Below, piece after piece: positions 29,599-38,993 of a stretch of DNA of 64,000 bases (the first letter of the stretch is position 1; every line of letters starts with the position of its first letter). The notes under the pieces were generated by a model that searched no databases, was not told the origin of the DNA, and saw only the letters and a list, made by a program, of their open reading frames with translations. The stretch spans positions 800,001 through 864,000 of the forward strand of contig CBDCTK010000002.1 of NCBI GenBank assembly GCA_965222225.1, given 5' to 3'. The translations under genes were made by a program, and so were the position numbers. This DNA is from Candidatus Poribacteria bacterium (GTDB lineage Bacteria > Poribacteria > WGA-4E > JAJDTR01).

Positions 29599-30576
29599 AT
29601 GACAGAGTTACAGTGGCAATCCAATCTGATTGAAGTGAACAACGAAGCGGACCCAATAGAAGTCACTTATCAGAATGGTTGGACAGATGGTTTGCCCGTG
29701 GTTCCACCAACACCGGAGCGGGTAGAACACATGCTTACGGGTACGAAGCGTCCGGCAGATGAGATTATCGCGTTAATTCCGCCCAAATGGGGACGCGCCA
29801 CGGTCGAAAAGATTGCCATCAACGCTGTGATGGCGGGCTGTAAGCCGGAATACATGCCTGTGATCATTGCGGCGATAGAAGCGATGACAACCGAAGCATT
29901 CAGTTTGCATGGCATTCAGGTAACCACATCTCTTATATCACCGCTGTTGATTGTTAATGGTCCCATACGAAGAGAATTGCAAATCAACGATAGTTTCAAT
30001 GTCTTTGGCCAAGGTTGGCGAAGTAACGCCACGATTGGCAGGGCTGTCCGCCTCATCTGCACCAACATCGGCGGTGCATTGCCCGGAGAATTGGATCGCG
30101 CGACGTTCGGGCACTCGGGGAAGTTCACTTATTGCATTGGTGAAAAAGAGGAGGTCAGCCCGTGGTCACCACTGCACGTAGATCGTGGGTTCAAGGCGTC
30201 CCAAAGCACCGTTACCGTCTTTGCAGGCGCTTCACCACGGGTCATTGATGACCACGGTAGCAATACGGCTGAAGGAATCCTCAATACAATTTGCCTTAAT
30301 CTCGCCGTGCCGGGAATCGCCGCCGGAGAAATGGTCATAGTATTGAGCCCAGAGCACTCAAAGACCATTGGCGACGGTGGTTTAACCAAGCATGAGGTTC
30401 AAGGTTACGTGCACGAGCACACTAAGATTGACCATTCCCAGAAGGGCATGATTACCATTCACGAACCTGACGAGGTAGTTGTCATGGTGGCAGGTGGACC
30501 GGCCGGGCGAAGTACGATGGCTGTTTCAGGTTGGGGAGGTTCAACGCGATCTGTAACTGTGCGAATAGATACCTGA
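29599..30576 (+). CDS. Conserved hypothetical protein of the 'GWTDGLPVVPPT' family (often beside UGSC-type proteins)
   Basis: GWTDGLPVVPPTPERV, ATVEKIAINAVMAGC, NATIGRA, SPWSPLHV motifs; ATG 29599 after AGAGGG. Confidence 0.75.
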   Translation: MTELQWQSNLIEVNNEADPIEVTYQNGWTDGLPVVPPTPERVEHMLTGTKRPADEIIALIPPKWGRATVEKIAINAVMAGCKPEYMPVIIAAIEAMTTEAFSLHGIQVTTSLISPLLIVNGPIRRELQINDSFNVFGQGWRSNATIGRAVRLICTNIGGALPGELDRATFGHSGKFTYCIGEKEEVSPWSPLHVDRGFKASQSTVTVFAGASPRVIDDHGSNTAEGILNTICLNLAVPGIAAGEMVIVLSPEHSKTIGDGGLTKHEVQGYVHEHTKIDHSQKGMITIHEPDEVVVMVAGGPAGRSTMAVSGWGGSTRSVTVRIDT

Positions 30577-30799
30577 TGCGATGACACCAAAAGCTATTAA
30601 TACCAGAAATTGAACTCCACGTTTTGATTCACAAAACAGGTTGTAGACACTACTGCTACCTTGGATTTGACACGTTATAGGCGGTGTGAAATTTCAACTT
30701 AAATACTGGATGGGAAATTGGCACTCACATTTAGTCCTACATCAATTTTTTGCGGAAACGAAACGTGTCTGTTGTCGTTTTGTTTGAAAGGAGCCAATA

Positions 30800-31249
30800 A
30801 TGGATGCACACACCTTGTCTCTGCCAATCAGCACTCTTAATCCGAATCAACCTTGTTCAGTGGAAATTGGCACCTCGGTTAATGAAGCTATCCGGTTGAT
30901 GCAGGATGGCAGATTTGGATGCGTGTTGGTTGTTGATGCCGAAGAAAGGCTTGTCGGTATCGTCACCGAGCGGGATTTGCTCGTTGAGATTACTGGCACG
31001 GACGCGAATCCGGAGGACGTGCTTGTTGATGACATCATGACGCCCGATCCGGAATCACTACGTGCAAGTGATCCGATTGCCTTTGCACTAAATCTTATGC
31101 ATCTGGGACACTACCGCCACGTGCCTTTGGTGTTGTCTGATGACGACAGTCGCAGCGATGAAGGCGGCTATCCGGTCGGTGTAATTTCGAGCAAGGACAT
31201 CACCAACTACGTCGCCGCCTTCTTGGAGGAGAGTACGGAGAGGAGATGA
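30800..31249 (+). CDS. CBS-domain protein
   Basis: CBS pair: LVGIVTERDL, IMTPDP, GHYRHVP; AAGGAG RBS. Confidence 0.9.
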   Translation: MDAHTLSLPISTLNPNQPCSVEIGTSVNEAIRLMQDGRFGCVLVVDAEERLVGIVTERDLLVEITGTDANPEDVLVDDIMTPDPESLRASDPIAFALNLMHLGHYRHVPLVLSDDDSRSDEGGYPVGVISSKDITNYVAAFLEESTERR

Positions 31250-31252
31250 AAA

Positions 31253-31792
31253 ATGCTATATGAGGAAGTAGTTGATGAAGAACTGGCTATCATGGATGAA
31301 ACGCCAGATGAACCTTCAAAAACGTTGAGTGCGCACGAAATCCAAGTGCCGCTGCATTCTCTAATGACCCCTCCAGTTATAATTGAAATAGGTGCGAGTA
31401 CCCAAGATGCGATTAATCTAATGATTGATCGTCACGTTGGACACGTGTTAATTGTTTCCGCCGGTATTCTGAAAGGAATTTTCAGCGAACGTGATGTATT
31501 AGTGAAGATTCTAAACCAGCCGGTGGGTAATCTAAGACAGATTCCGGTCGAACGTTTTATGAAAGCGGACCCACAAACCGCCAACGTGAAAGATTCTCTT
31601 GACACCGCAATCTTGTATATGGCGGAGGGCGGATACAGACATGTTCCCGTAGTAGATGAAGAATATCGCCCGGTTGGAACAGTGTCCGTGCGCGATATTA
31701 TTTCCCACTTGGTCGAACATTTCCCCCAAGATGTGCTAACACTTCCGCCCAAACCGATTCGCCGTGCGATGAGATCCCGCGAAGGGGCGTAA
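31253..31792 (+). CDS. CBS-domain protein
   Basis: LKGIFSERDV, FMKADP, GGYRHVPVVD, VSVRDII. Confidence 0.9.
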   Translation: MLYEEVVDEELAIMDETPDEPSKTLSAHEIQVPLHSLMTPPVIIEIGASTQDAINLMIDRHVGHVLIVSAGILKGIFSERDVLVKILNQPVGNLRQIPVERFMKADPQTANVKDSLDTAILYMAEGGYRHVPVVDEEYRPVGTVSVRDIISHLVEHFPQDVLTLPPKPIRRAMRSREGA

Positions 31793-31911
31793 ACATAAAG
31801 ATGCGGTTGCCTAAGAGCGTTAAGAACATGGCAGTATGGGAAGAGTGTGAGTCGTAACCATTGAGCAACAGGGCTTAGTGGCATGACGCCAGATGTGAAG
31901 GGTAGGGAGGT

Positions 31912-33753
31912 GTGATGAAAAAGCGGATTCAGACCATTGAGGAGGCCACAATTTTGTTTGCTGGCGACTCCGGCGATGGTTCGCAGATAATTGGTACGCA
32001 GATGACCGAAGCGTCTGCTATCGCAGGGAATGATGTAGCGACGTTGCCTGATTACCCAGCGGAAATTCGCGCGCCCGCAGGTTCGCTAGCAGGTATATCC
32101 GGCTTTCAGCTACATTTTTCCAGTGAAAACATTCACACACCGGGTGATGCGTGCGATGTTCTTGTCGCGATGAATCCAGCGGCTCTGAAGGTCAACATAG
32201 ATAACCTCAGGCCGAATGGAATTCTCATCGTGAACTCGAACAATTTTGCCTCTCGAAATCTTAAGTTGGCCGGATATGAGAGTAACCCCCTAGAAGATGG
32301 TTCATTGACACGATATCAAGTTTATCCTGTCGAGTTGACCCGGTTAACGAGGGAAGCGCTCAAAAACACAGACTTGAGTCAGCGCGAGGTTGATCGGTGT
32401 AAGAATTTCTTTGCGGTCGGGATGGTTTTTTGGTTGTATAATCGTCCGATGGAGAACACGCTCAGATTCATAAAGGAGAGATACGCAAAAAAACCTCAGT
32501 ATGTCGAAGCAAATTCCCTGGCGCTCAAAGCAGGCAACGTCTATTGCGAAGCGACAGAGCAATTTGCTACGTCCTACGTAGTTGAAGCAGCAGAATTCCC
32601 CCCGGGTAAATACCGGAATATTGAAGGGAATATGGCAACAGCGCTTGGACTTGTTGCCGCCTCCCAAAAGTCGGGACTACAGTTGGTTTACGGTAGTTAT
32701 CCAATTACCCCCGCGAGCAGCATCCTTCACGCTCTAGCGAATCACAAGGCTTACGGCGTAATAACAATGCAGATGGAAGATGAGATTGCCGCCATCGGAG
32801 TCGCCATAGGCGCGGCGTTCAGCGGAGCATTGGGAGTAACCGGAAGTAGCGGACCGGGGCTTGCCTTAAAATCAGAGGCGCTAAATCTCGCCATGATTGT
32901 GGAGCTACCAATTGTTGTGTGCAATATTCAACGCGCCGGACCGTCGACAGGCATGCCTACAAAGACCGAACAGGCAGATTTGTTGCAAATGTATTACGGA
33001 CGGAATGGCGAGTCACCCATTCCGATAATAGCCGCGTCACGACCATCGGATTGTTTCGATGCAATCTATGAAGCTTGCCGCATAGCCGTCAAGTTTATGA
33101 CACCGGTTATCTTTATGTCGGACCTTAATGTTGCGTTTGGTGCGGAACCGTGGAGAATCCCGGAAGTTTCGGATTTGGCTGAAATTGACGTGAACTTCCG
33201 AACAGAGGCGGAGGAATTCAACCCTTACCTTCGCGATGAGATAACGCTCGCGCGCCCATGGGTAAAACCGGGGACTCCTGGTCTGGAACACCGAGTCGGG
33301 GGTTTGGAAAAAGCGGACATCACGGGGAATGTCAGTTATGATCCGGATAATCATGAACAGATGACGCATACTAGAGCAGAAAAAGTCGCTCGTATCGCCG
33401 ATGATATACCGCCCACGGAGATTTTCGGACCCGAAGAAGGAAATCTCCTCGTTTTGAGCTGGGGCGGTACATTTGGTGCTGTCCGCACAGCAGTCGAGCG
33501 CAAGCAGGGGAATGGCGCGTCTGTTTCACACACGCATTTGCGATACCTAAATCCCTTACCCAAGGACTTGGGTGGAATTCTCGAACGGTTCAATCGAATA
33601 CTCATTCCCGAACTCAACCTTGGTCAGCTGCAGAAGTTAATTCGTGCGGAATTTTTGATAGCCACCGAAGGTCTCAATAAGGTACAAGGTCAACCCTTTC
33701 ACGTGTTTGAAGTCGAATCCAAAATCAATGAGTTGTTAGAAGGTGAAGCATGA
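31912..33753 (+). CDS. korA: 2-oxoacid:ferredoxin oxidoreductase alpha subunit (fused gamma-alpha)
   Basis: FAGDSGDG, YPAEIRAP, YPITP, EDEIAA, SGPG, QRAGPSTGMPTKTEQ; substrate specificity not determinable. Confidence 0.92.
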   Translation: MMKKRIQTIEEATILFAGDSGDGSQIIGTQMTEASAIAGNDVATLPDYPAEIRAPAGSLAGISGFQLHFSSENIHTPGDACDVLVAMNPAALKVNIDNLRPNGILIVNSNNFASRNLKLAGYESNPLEDGSLTRYQVYPVELTRLTREALKNTDLSQREVDRCKNFFAVGMVFWLYNRPMENTLRFIKERYAKKPQYVEANSLALKAGNVYCEATEQFATSYVVEAAEFPPGKYRNIEGNMATALGLVAASQKSGLQLVYGSYPITPASSILHALANHKAYGVITMQMEDEIAAIGVAIGAAFSGALGVTGSSGPGLALKSEALNLAMIVELPIVVCNIQRAGPSTGMPTKTEQADLLQMYYGRNGESPIPIIAASRPSDCFDAIYEACRIAVKFMTPVIFMSDLNVAFGAEPWRIPEVSDLAEIDVNFRTEAEEFNPYLRDEITLARPWVKPGTPGLEHRVGGLEKADITGNVSYDPDNHEQMTHTRAEKVARIADDIPPTEIFGPEEGNLLVLSWGGTFGAVRTAVERKQGNGASVSHTHLRYLNPLPKDLGGILERFNRILIPELNLGQLQKLIRAEFLIATEGLNKVQGQPFHVFEVESKINELLEGEA

Positions 33754-34796
33754 GACAGGAAACGTCCAGCCAAGTTCCCGGAGCTGTGCCCACATTAACC
33801 AAAAGGGATTTAGAATCGGACCAAGATGTTAGATGGTGTCCGGGGTGCGGTGATTACTCGATTCTTGCGCAAACGCAGCGAATTCTCCCGGAATTGGGGA
33901 TTCCAAAAGAAAATCTTGTTTTCATTTCCGGAATAGGTTGTTCCAGTCGATTTCCATATTATATGGATACATACGGTTTCCACACTATACATGGCAGAGC
34001 GCCGACGATTGCGGCGGGCGTCAAGATCGCCAACCCTGAACTTTCGGTATGGGTAATCACGGGCGATGGCGATGCGTTATCAATCGGTGGAAACCACTTC
34101 ATTCACTTAATGCGACGCAACTTGGACATTAACGTGATGTTGTTCAACAACCGTATCTACGGCTTGACGAAAGGGCAGTATTCACCGACCTCCGAACAGG
34201 GAAAGGTGACTTACTCATCACCAATGGGGTCCATTGAAAGTCCATTCAACACGATTAGTCTTGCGTTAGCGTCTAGGGTATCATTTGCTGCCAGATCTCT
34301 TGATAGAGATCCAGACCACTTGCGCCGAGTAATTAAGGCAGCGTTTGAACACAAGGGAACTTCGTTCGTAGAGATTTATCAGAATTGCAATGTGTTTAAT
34401 GACGGCGCCTTTTTTCAGTATACCGACAAAGAGACAAAGGCTGACAACACGGTGTTCCTAGAACATGGAGAACCGCTAATTTTCGGAAAGGACCGAGATA
34501 AAGGGATTCGACTCAATGAAGTTCGACCGGAAGTAGTGTCACTTACAAATGGTCAATATACCGTAGATGATCTCATGGTGCATGATCAGTATTCAGATGG
34601 TCCAACCCTCGCACATTTCTTTGCTCGTATGACAGATTTGCCAAACGTGCCAACGCCTGTCGGTATTTTCCGTACTTTCAACAGACCGTGTTATGAGGAT
34701 TTCATGGCGCAACAGATTGATGCCGCGAGGCGAGCAAAGGGAGAGGGTGACTTGGACAGGCTACTGAATGCGGGCGACACGTGGGAAATTGAGTAG
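33750..34796 (+). CDS. korB: 2-oxoacid:ferredoxin oxidoreductase beta subunit
   Basis: WCPGCG, SGIGCS, IHGR, GDGDALSIGGNH, NNRIYGLTKGQ; ATGA overlap with alpha. Confidence 0.92.
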   Translation: MRQETSSQVPGAVPTLTKRDLESDQDVRWCPGCGDYSILAQTQRILPELGIPKENLVFISGIGCSSRFPYYMDTYGFHTIHGRAPTIAAGVKIANPELSVWVITGDGDALSIGGNHFIHLMRRNLDINVMLFNNRIYGLTKGQYSPTSEQGKVTYSSPMGSIESPFNTISLALASRVSFAARSLDRDPDHLRRVIKAAFEHKGTSFVEIYQNCNVFNDGAFFQYTDKETKADNTVFLEHGEPLIFGKDRDKGIRLNEVRPEVVSLTNGQYTVDDLMVHDQYSDGPTLAHFFARMTDLPNVPTPVGIFRTFNRPCYEDFMAQQIDAARRAKGEGDLDRLLNAGDTWEIE

Positions 34797-35336
34797 TTGA
34801 ATAGCTCGCGGACTTAAACAAACTCAGTCTTCATCGGTTTCTACTCCGCCCACTCAATATTCATGGACCTTGTAACTGTTTAGTTCAGTTTACAGATTTT
34901 GTAAAACGGCGTCTATGTTATACGGTATGCCCCACACACCGACATTGCCGATAGTATTCGAAACACTCTCCTCTCTCTTACGCTGGTTGTAGTAATGGAA
35001 TCGGTTGCACGTCTGGTACGGGCTTGTGGTGACTCGATTCATCGGTCCTGGTCTAGCGCTCCTCTGCTCGGTGTGGTCACTTGTTTGATCTGGTTGGCAA
35101 ATCCAGGGCGCACACTCTCCTCCATCATTGCTACGGTGATGCCGTATTGTCACATGATTGTCAATTCATCCGTTTCCTGAATTGCATACTGTGTGCTTTC
35201 GTCCTATCTTTATCTCGCCTCAAGCTGAGGAAGCCCTACTGCATTGTTTTCTTCGGAGATAGACGGCTTCTTATCCCGCATTTTATAGTCATTAAAACTA
35301 AGAATTATACATATAGAATCCTACGTAGTTCGGTTT

Positions 35337-35428
35337 GTAGTAGCGATGAACTGAACGGATAGTGAGGGATCATGGAAGCGAATAGCGGCTGCGATGGAGC
35401 TTCCATAGGAATCCCTTCATTGCGCGTC
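35337..35428 (+). repeat. ~92-bp dispersed structured repeat, full copy A
   Basis: Ungapped match to 54232-54323 with 10 mismatches; internal pairing GAGGGAT/ATCCCTT and ATGGAAGC/GCTTCCAT. Confidence 0.9.
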
Positions 35429-35431
35429 TTC

Positions 35432-35487
35432 TGTGGGAGCGAGTTTTCCTCGTGACAGACAGTCGCGACCGGGAGATCGCTCCTACA
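35432..35487. repeat. REP-like inverted doublet (GTGG/GTAG-type)
   Basis: TGTGGGAGCGA (35432-35442) … TCGCTCCTACA (35477-35487), an 11-bp inverted repeat with one mismatch. Confidence 0.65.
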
Positions 35488-35663
35488 CAAGGTTTATCGT
35501 AACAATCCTCAAGCATCAAACCGCCAATTTTGCTCCGAAATTAAAATGTGCAAATATGACTGTAAATGACTATAGAATGAGCCGAAATCTTCAACCAGCG
35601 TGCCTGCCGGGAATCTGAGAAGTCATGCGGGATAACCTGTCATCATAGAGTGCCCAATTTACG

Positions 35664-37925
35664 TTGAATCTTTCGAGCCTACACGTTAATCGAAAGTTCC
35701 CATATAACAGGAGTAAATGCTTGGAACGCCTGAGCATACACATATCGGAGCACGTACACATTGGACAATCCAAGCGCCAATCTTTGTCGCTTTGGCTAGC
35801 GTTCGTCATTTGTCGTACCCATTCTTTCATCCTACACATACCGCTTTATCTATGTTTCATTACGCTTAGCCACGCCGCCCCGCCCAACCCCTATCTCTTT
35901 TTTGACATGGACCCTGCCTCCGGTGAGTTTAGACCCAAGCTACCGGAAAGTAGCATGGGATTTCGTCGTGCACTCGAAGGCTGCTGCTTTGTTCGTGAAC
36001 AGGCAGTATCACAAACCGATGGTATTGAGTACGTTCTCGGGATAAAAGTGGATTTCTCCGATCAACCCGGAAGTCGCACCGGTGCCGAGATAAACGGCTT
36101 CCTGTTTGGCGAAGAAGAGGTCTCCCTAAAAACCTACTACAGCGAAGTCTCTTACGGACAGATGAACGTCCATCCCGGTCCTGCAGGTGGGGTCATTCCG
36201 ATAGGTGATACGTGGATCCGCGCGGCAAAGCCGATGACGTATTACGGAGAGGGACGAATCAGTGAGGCGCAGTGCAGAGAGCTTACACGCGAAGCGTGCA
36301 TAGCGGTGGATGCTATCGTTGATTTCTCGCAATACGATCGCGATAATAACGGTGTTGTCGATCACGTTTTTATCATCCACGCCGGAGACGATGAAGCCTC
36401 GACCTTGAAACCGGGGGACATCTGGTCAATACTCGTGCGAGGCGTCAACACCGTTCTTGATGGCGTGCGAATTGAAAGCGCCTCCGTCGTTGCTGAAGAA
36501 CCGAGTTTCGCCAAACCGCACCTCGGAATATATTTTCACGAATTCTTCCACGATTTCGGCGCGCCCGATGTATACGGTACGCCTTTCACCGATGCCAACG
36601 ATCACAAATGGGGATTGATGGGCTTTTCTGGTCCTTATCAAGGGGATTTGACTGACGGAATCGGGGACGGCTTGAATCCCAGCCACATCATCGGCTACCT
36701 CAAATGGGATTTCGACGCGCGTCCGGAAAATGGTCGACACGGTTGGATCGAACCGGTCCAGGTTGAGAGAACTGTGACGCAATTGTTCATTCCAAGTTTT
36801 GAACTGTCCCCTTCCCATGACGTATTATTCAAAATCGACATCCCCGGCAAGGTAGATAGGTTAGGGCACAACACCGAATTTTTTCTTATTGAGAACCGAA
36901 ATCGAGAATCGGGCGCCATGTTTGATACACACCTGCCTGAATCCGGGATACTCATCTGGCATATAGACGAGACCGTGTTCCGTCCACCGACAGCACACTT
37001 TGATGCGGCTGGACAAATCTGGCTAGAAGATCCGAACGACCCGAAACACCGTGGCGTAAATCCGAATAACTCGGATCTAGTCGATATTCGGTTTGTTACG
37101 GACGGAGCAGCGTTCTCGGAGAACGATGAACAAACGTCCTTCACGCCCGCAAGCCGTCCAAACAGCAACGCGAACGATGGAATGCCTACCGGAATCGCTA
37201 TAACTAACATAGGCGCGGAAGGGCCATTAATCCCGCTCCTCGTGTCCTTTGGAGACACTTACGAACCCAACGATAATCTTGAAATTGCTTATTCTATCGA
37301 ACTCAACCAAAGGTACGAATCCTTCCTTTTCAATGTGGACGACACACGCGATTATTACCGCTTTGAAGCGGTCATCGGGAACGCTATTATCATTACGCTG
37401 ACCGACATGCCTCATGATGTTGAATACAATCTGTCCCTGCTCGACGCGTCAGGGCAAGAAATTATAGATGGGGTAACCACGGAACTGACCAATCAGCGCA
37501 TCGTATTTCGGCCCGCCAAAGCCGAACCGTTGTTCATTCTTGTCGAATCCCGTGCCGGCTTCAACGCCCTAGACTCATATCACCTAACCGTTCGTGAGGG
37601 CAAGATAGAGTCTGGCGAGTTACAAATCTCCCGAATTCGCGTTTACCCAAACCCCCTTCCCTTAGGAGAAACGCGAATAATCTTCGATTTCACGATTCCC
37701 GATTTTCAACTTGTCGACGAAATAGAATTAGACGTGCTCACGACCGCCGGTGATGTGGTGCACTCAGACCTGCTACGTGATGTAGTAGGCTCTGGTCGCT
37801 TCGTTTGGGATCTTGAACACATCCAAAATCGCTCATTTGCAACCGGGGTATATCTTTACGTCCTCTCCGCTTATCGCAATGATCAGTATGTACGCGAGCT
37901 AGGCAAGATGGCGGTGATACGGTGA
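35664..37925 (+). CDS. Secreted M6-family (immune inhibitor A-like) metalloprotease with PPC-like domain and T9SS/FlgD-like C-terminal domain; true start probably ~35800-35850
   Basis: YYSEVSYGQ, DFSQYDRDNNGVVDHVFIIHAG, HEFFHDFGAPDVY, FLIENR, GILIWHIDE, DTYEPND, RVYPNP…TGVYLY. Confidence 0.88.
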   Translation: MNLSSLHVNRKFPYNRSKCLERLSIHISEHVHIGQSKRQSLSLWLAFVICRTHSFILHIPLYLCFITLSHAAPPNPYLFFDMDPASGEFRPKLPESSMGFRRALEGCCFVREQAVSQTDGIEYVLGIKVDFSDQPGSRTGAEINGFLFGEEEVSLKTYYSEVSYGQMNVHPGPAGGVIPIGDTWIRAAKPMTYYGEGRISEAQCRELTREACIAVDAIVDFSQYDRDNNGVVDHVFIIHAGDDEASTLKPGDIWSILVRGVNTVLDGVRIESASVVAEEPSFAKPHLGIYFHEFFHDFGAPDVYGTPFTDANDHKWGLMGFSGPYQGDLTDGIGDGLNPSHIIGYLKWDFDARPENGRHGWIEPVQVERTVTQLFIPSFELSPSHDVLFKIDIPGKVDRLGHNTEFFLIENRNRESGAMFDTHLPESGILIWHIDETVFRPPTAHFDAAGQIWLEDPNDPKHRGVNPNNSDLVDIRFVTDGAAFSENDEQTSFTPASRPNSNANDGMPTGIAITNIGAEGPLIPLLVSFGDTYEPNDNLEIAYSIELNQRYESFLFNVDDTRDYYRFEAVIGNAIIITLTDMPHDVEYNLSLLDASGQEIIDGVTTELTNQRIVFRPAKAEPLFILVESRAGFNALDSYHLTVREGKIESGELQISRIRVYPNPLPLGETRIIFDFTIPDFQLVDEIELDVLTTAGDVVHSDLLRDVVGSGRFVWDLEHIQNRSFATGVYLYVLSAYRNDQYVRELGKMAVIR

Positions 37926-38008
37926 GTTGTTGAAGTTGTCGTGCGTTAGCAAGTTGAGTTTTTCCGGAAGTTGGCGTGTCAAATTCCATTAACCCAACAA
38001 ATATCGGC

Positions 38009-38037
38009 TTGACAACTTCATAACATTGTGCTAGAGT
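38009..38037 (+). promoter_or_regulatory. Sigma70-type promoter (TTGACA-17 bp-TAGAGT with extended TG)
   Basis: ttgaca acttcataacattgtgc tagagt. Confidence 0.6.
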
Positions 38038-38275
38038 GATAGCACGTTTCTAACGGCATCTAAGCTAGCATCTGTAGAAGCGTGAACCACAGAGTCGGTT
38101 TAAGAATTCACGGGTTTTCACAACTTCGAGAGTCGCCCACCAGAAATTCCACCGATATAGTGCAGTTTTGCACAATATCATTGTTGATTCCTCGGACCTA
38201 GGCGAAAGCACAAACGCAGTTTCATTTGCGGCCCAGGATTCAACCATACCCTGACGGAAAAAGGAGAACATTTTC

Positions 38276-38710
38276 ATGGAAGCCCTCAAGCGAGTCATAG
38301 GAGTCGTTCTGATCATAATTGCGGCGATAGTCGCAATTCACACGGTAATCGAGCCGGTTTACCACACTTCCACTGAAGATAGTCCCTACAGTTCCATTTG
38401 GGACATCATCAACTGGCTCTCTCTCATTTCGATAATACTGGGGTTGATATTCGGCTACATTCGCATGAGTCGCGCGGACGCGAACTCGAGCGGTCAAGAG
38501 TTCTTGGCGGCAAATACACAATTCTACGGATTCATGTTCGTAGCCATAATTTTCTTGTGGAACTGGTTCGGCATCAGCAAAGTCGGATCGGACTTTACCG
38601 CCGTGGGCAACGACCCCCGAACGATGGTATGGATAATCTTTCATGCCATACTCCCGTTGTTGAATGGTGCGATGGCTGTCCACCTGCTGCGAGCCGGTGC
38701 CAGCGAATAG
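38276..38710 (+). CDS. 4-TM membrane protein of unknown function
   Basis: AAGGAG RBS, four hydrophobic helices. Confidence 0.8.
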   Translation: MEALKRVIGVVLIIIAAIVAIHTVIEPVYHTSTEDSPYSSIWDIINWLSLISIILGLIFGYIRMSRADANSSGQEFLAANTQFYGFMFVAIIFLWNWFGISKVGSDFTAVGNDPRTMVWIIFHAILPLLNGAMAVHLLRAGASE

Positions 38711-38993
38711 CCAACAGTATATGTCTTCAAGATCCTAACGGTGTCTCTTCTGCGCTCGCGTTTGCGGGCGTAGAAGCCTTACAAACTGAGATAAAGAAAA
38801 AATGGCATACTTTCACTGTAAACTTTGCTATTACGCCCTGTAAATACAAGGGCGCTCAACAAGACCATGTTTTTTCCATAATTTCAATTCCGCTAAAGGA
38901 GTCACCCAAGAAAATCACAAACGAGAGAAATAGGTGGCAAGTTGAAATAAACTACAACCACAATATGTTCAACAATAGGAGGTTGTTTGAAAT

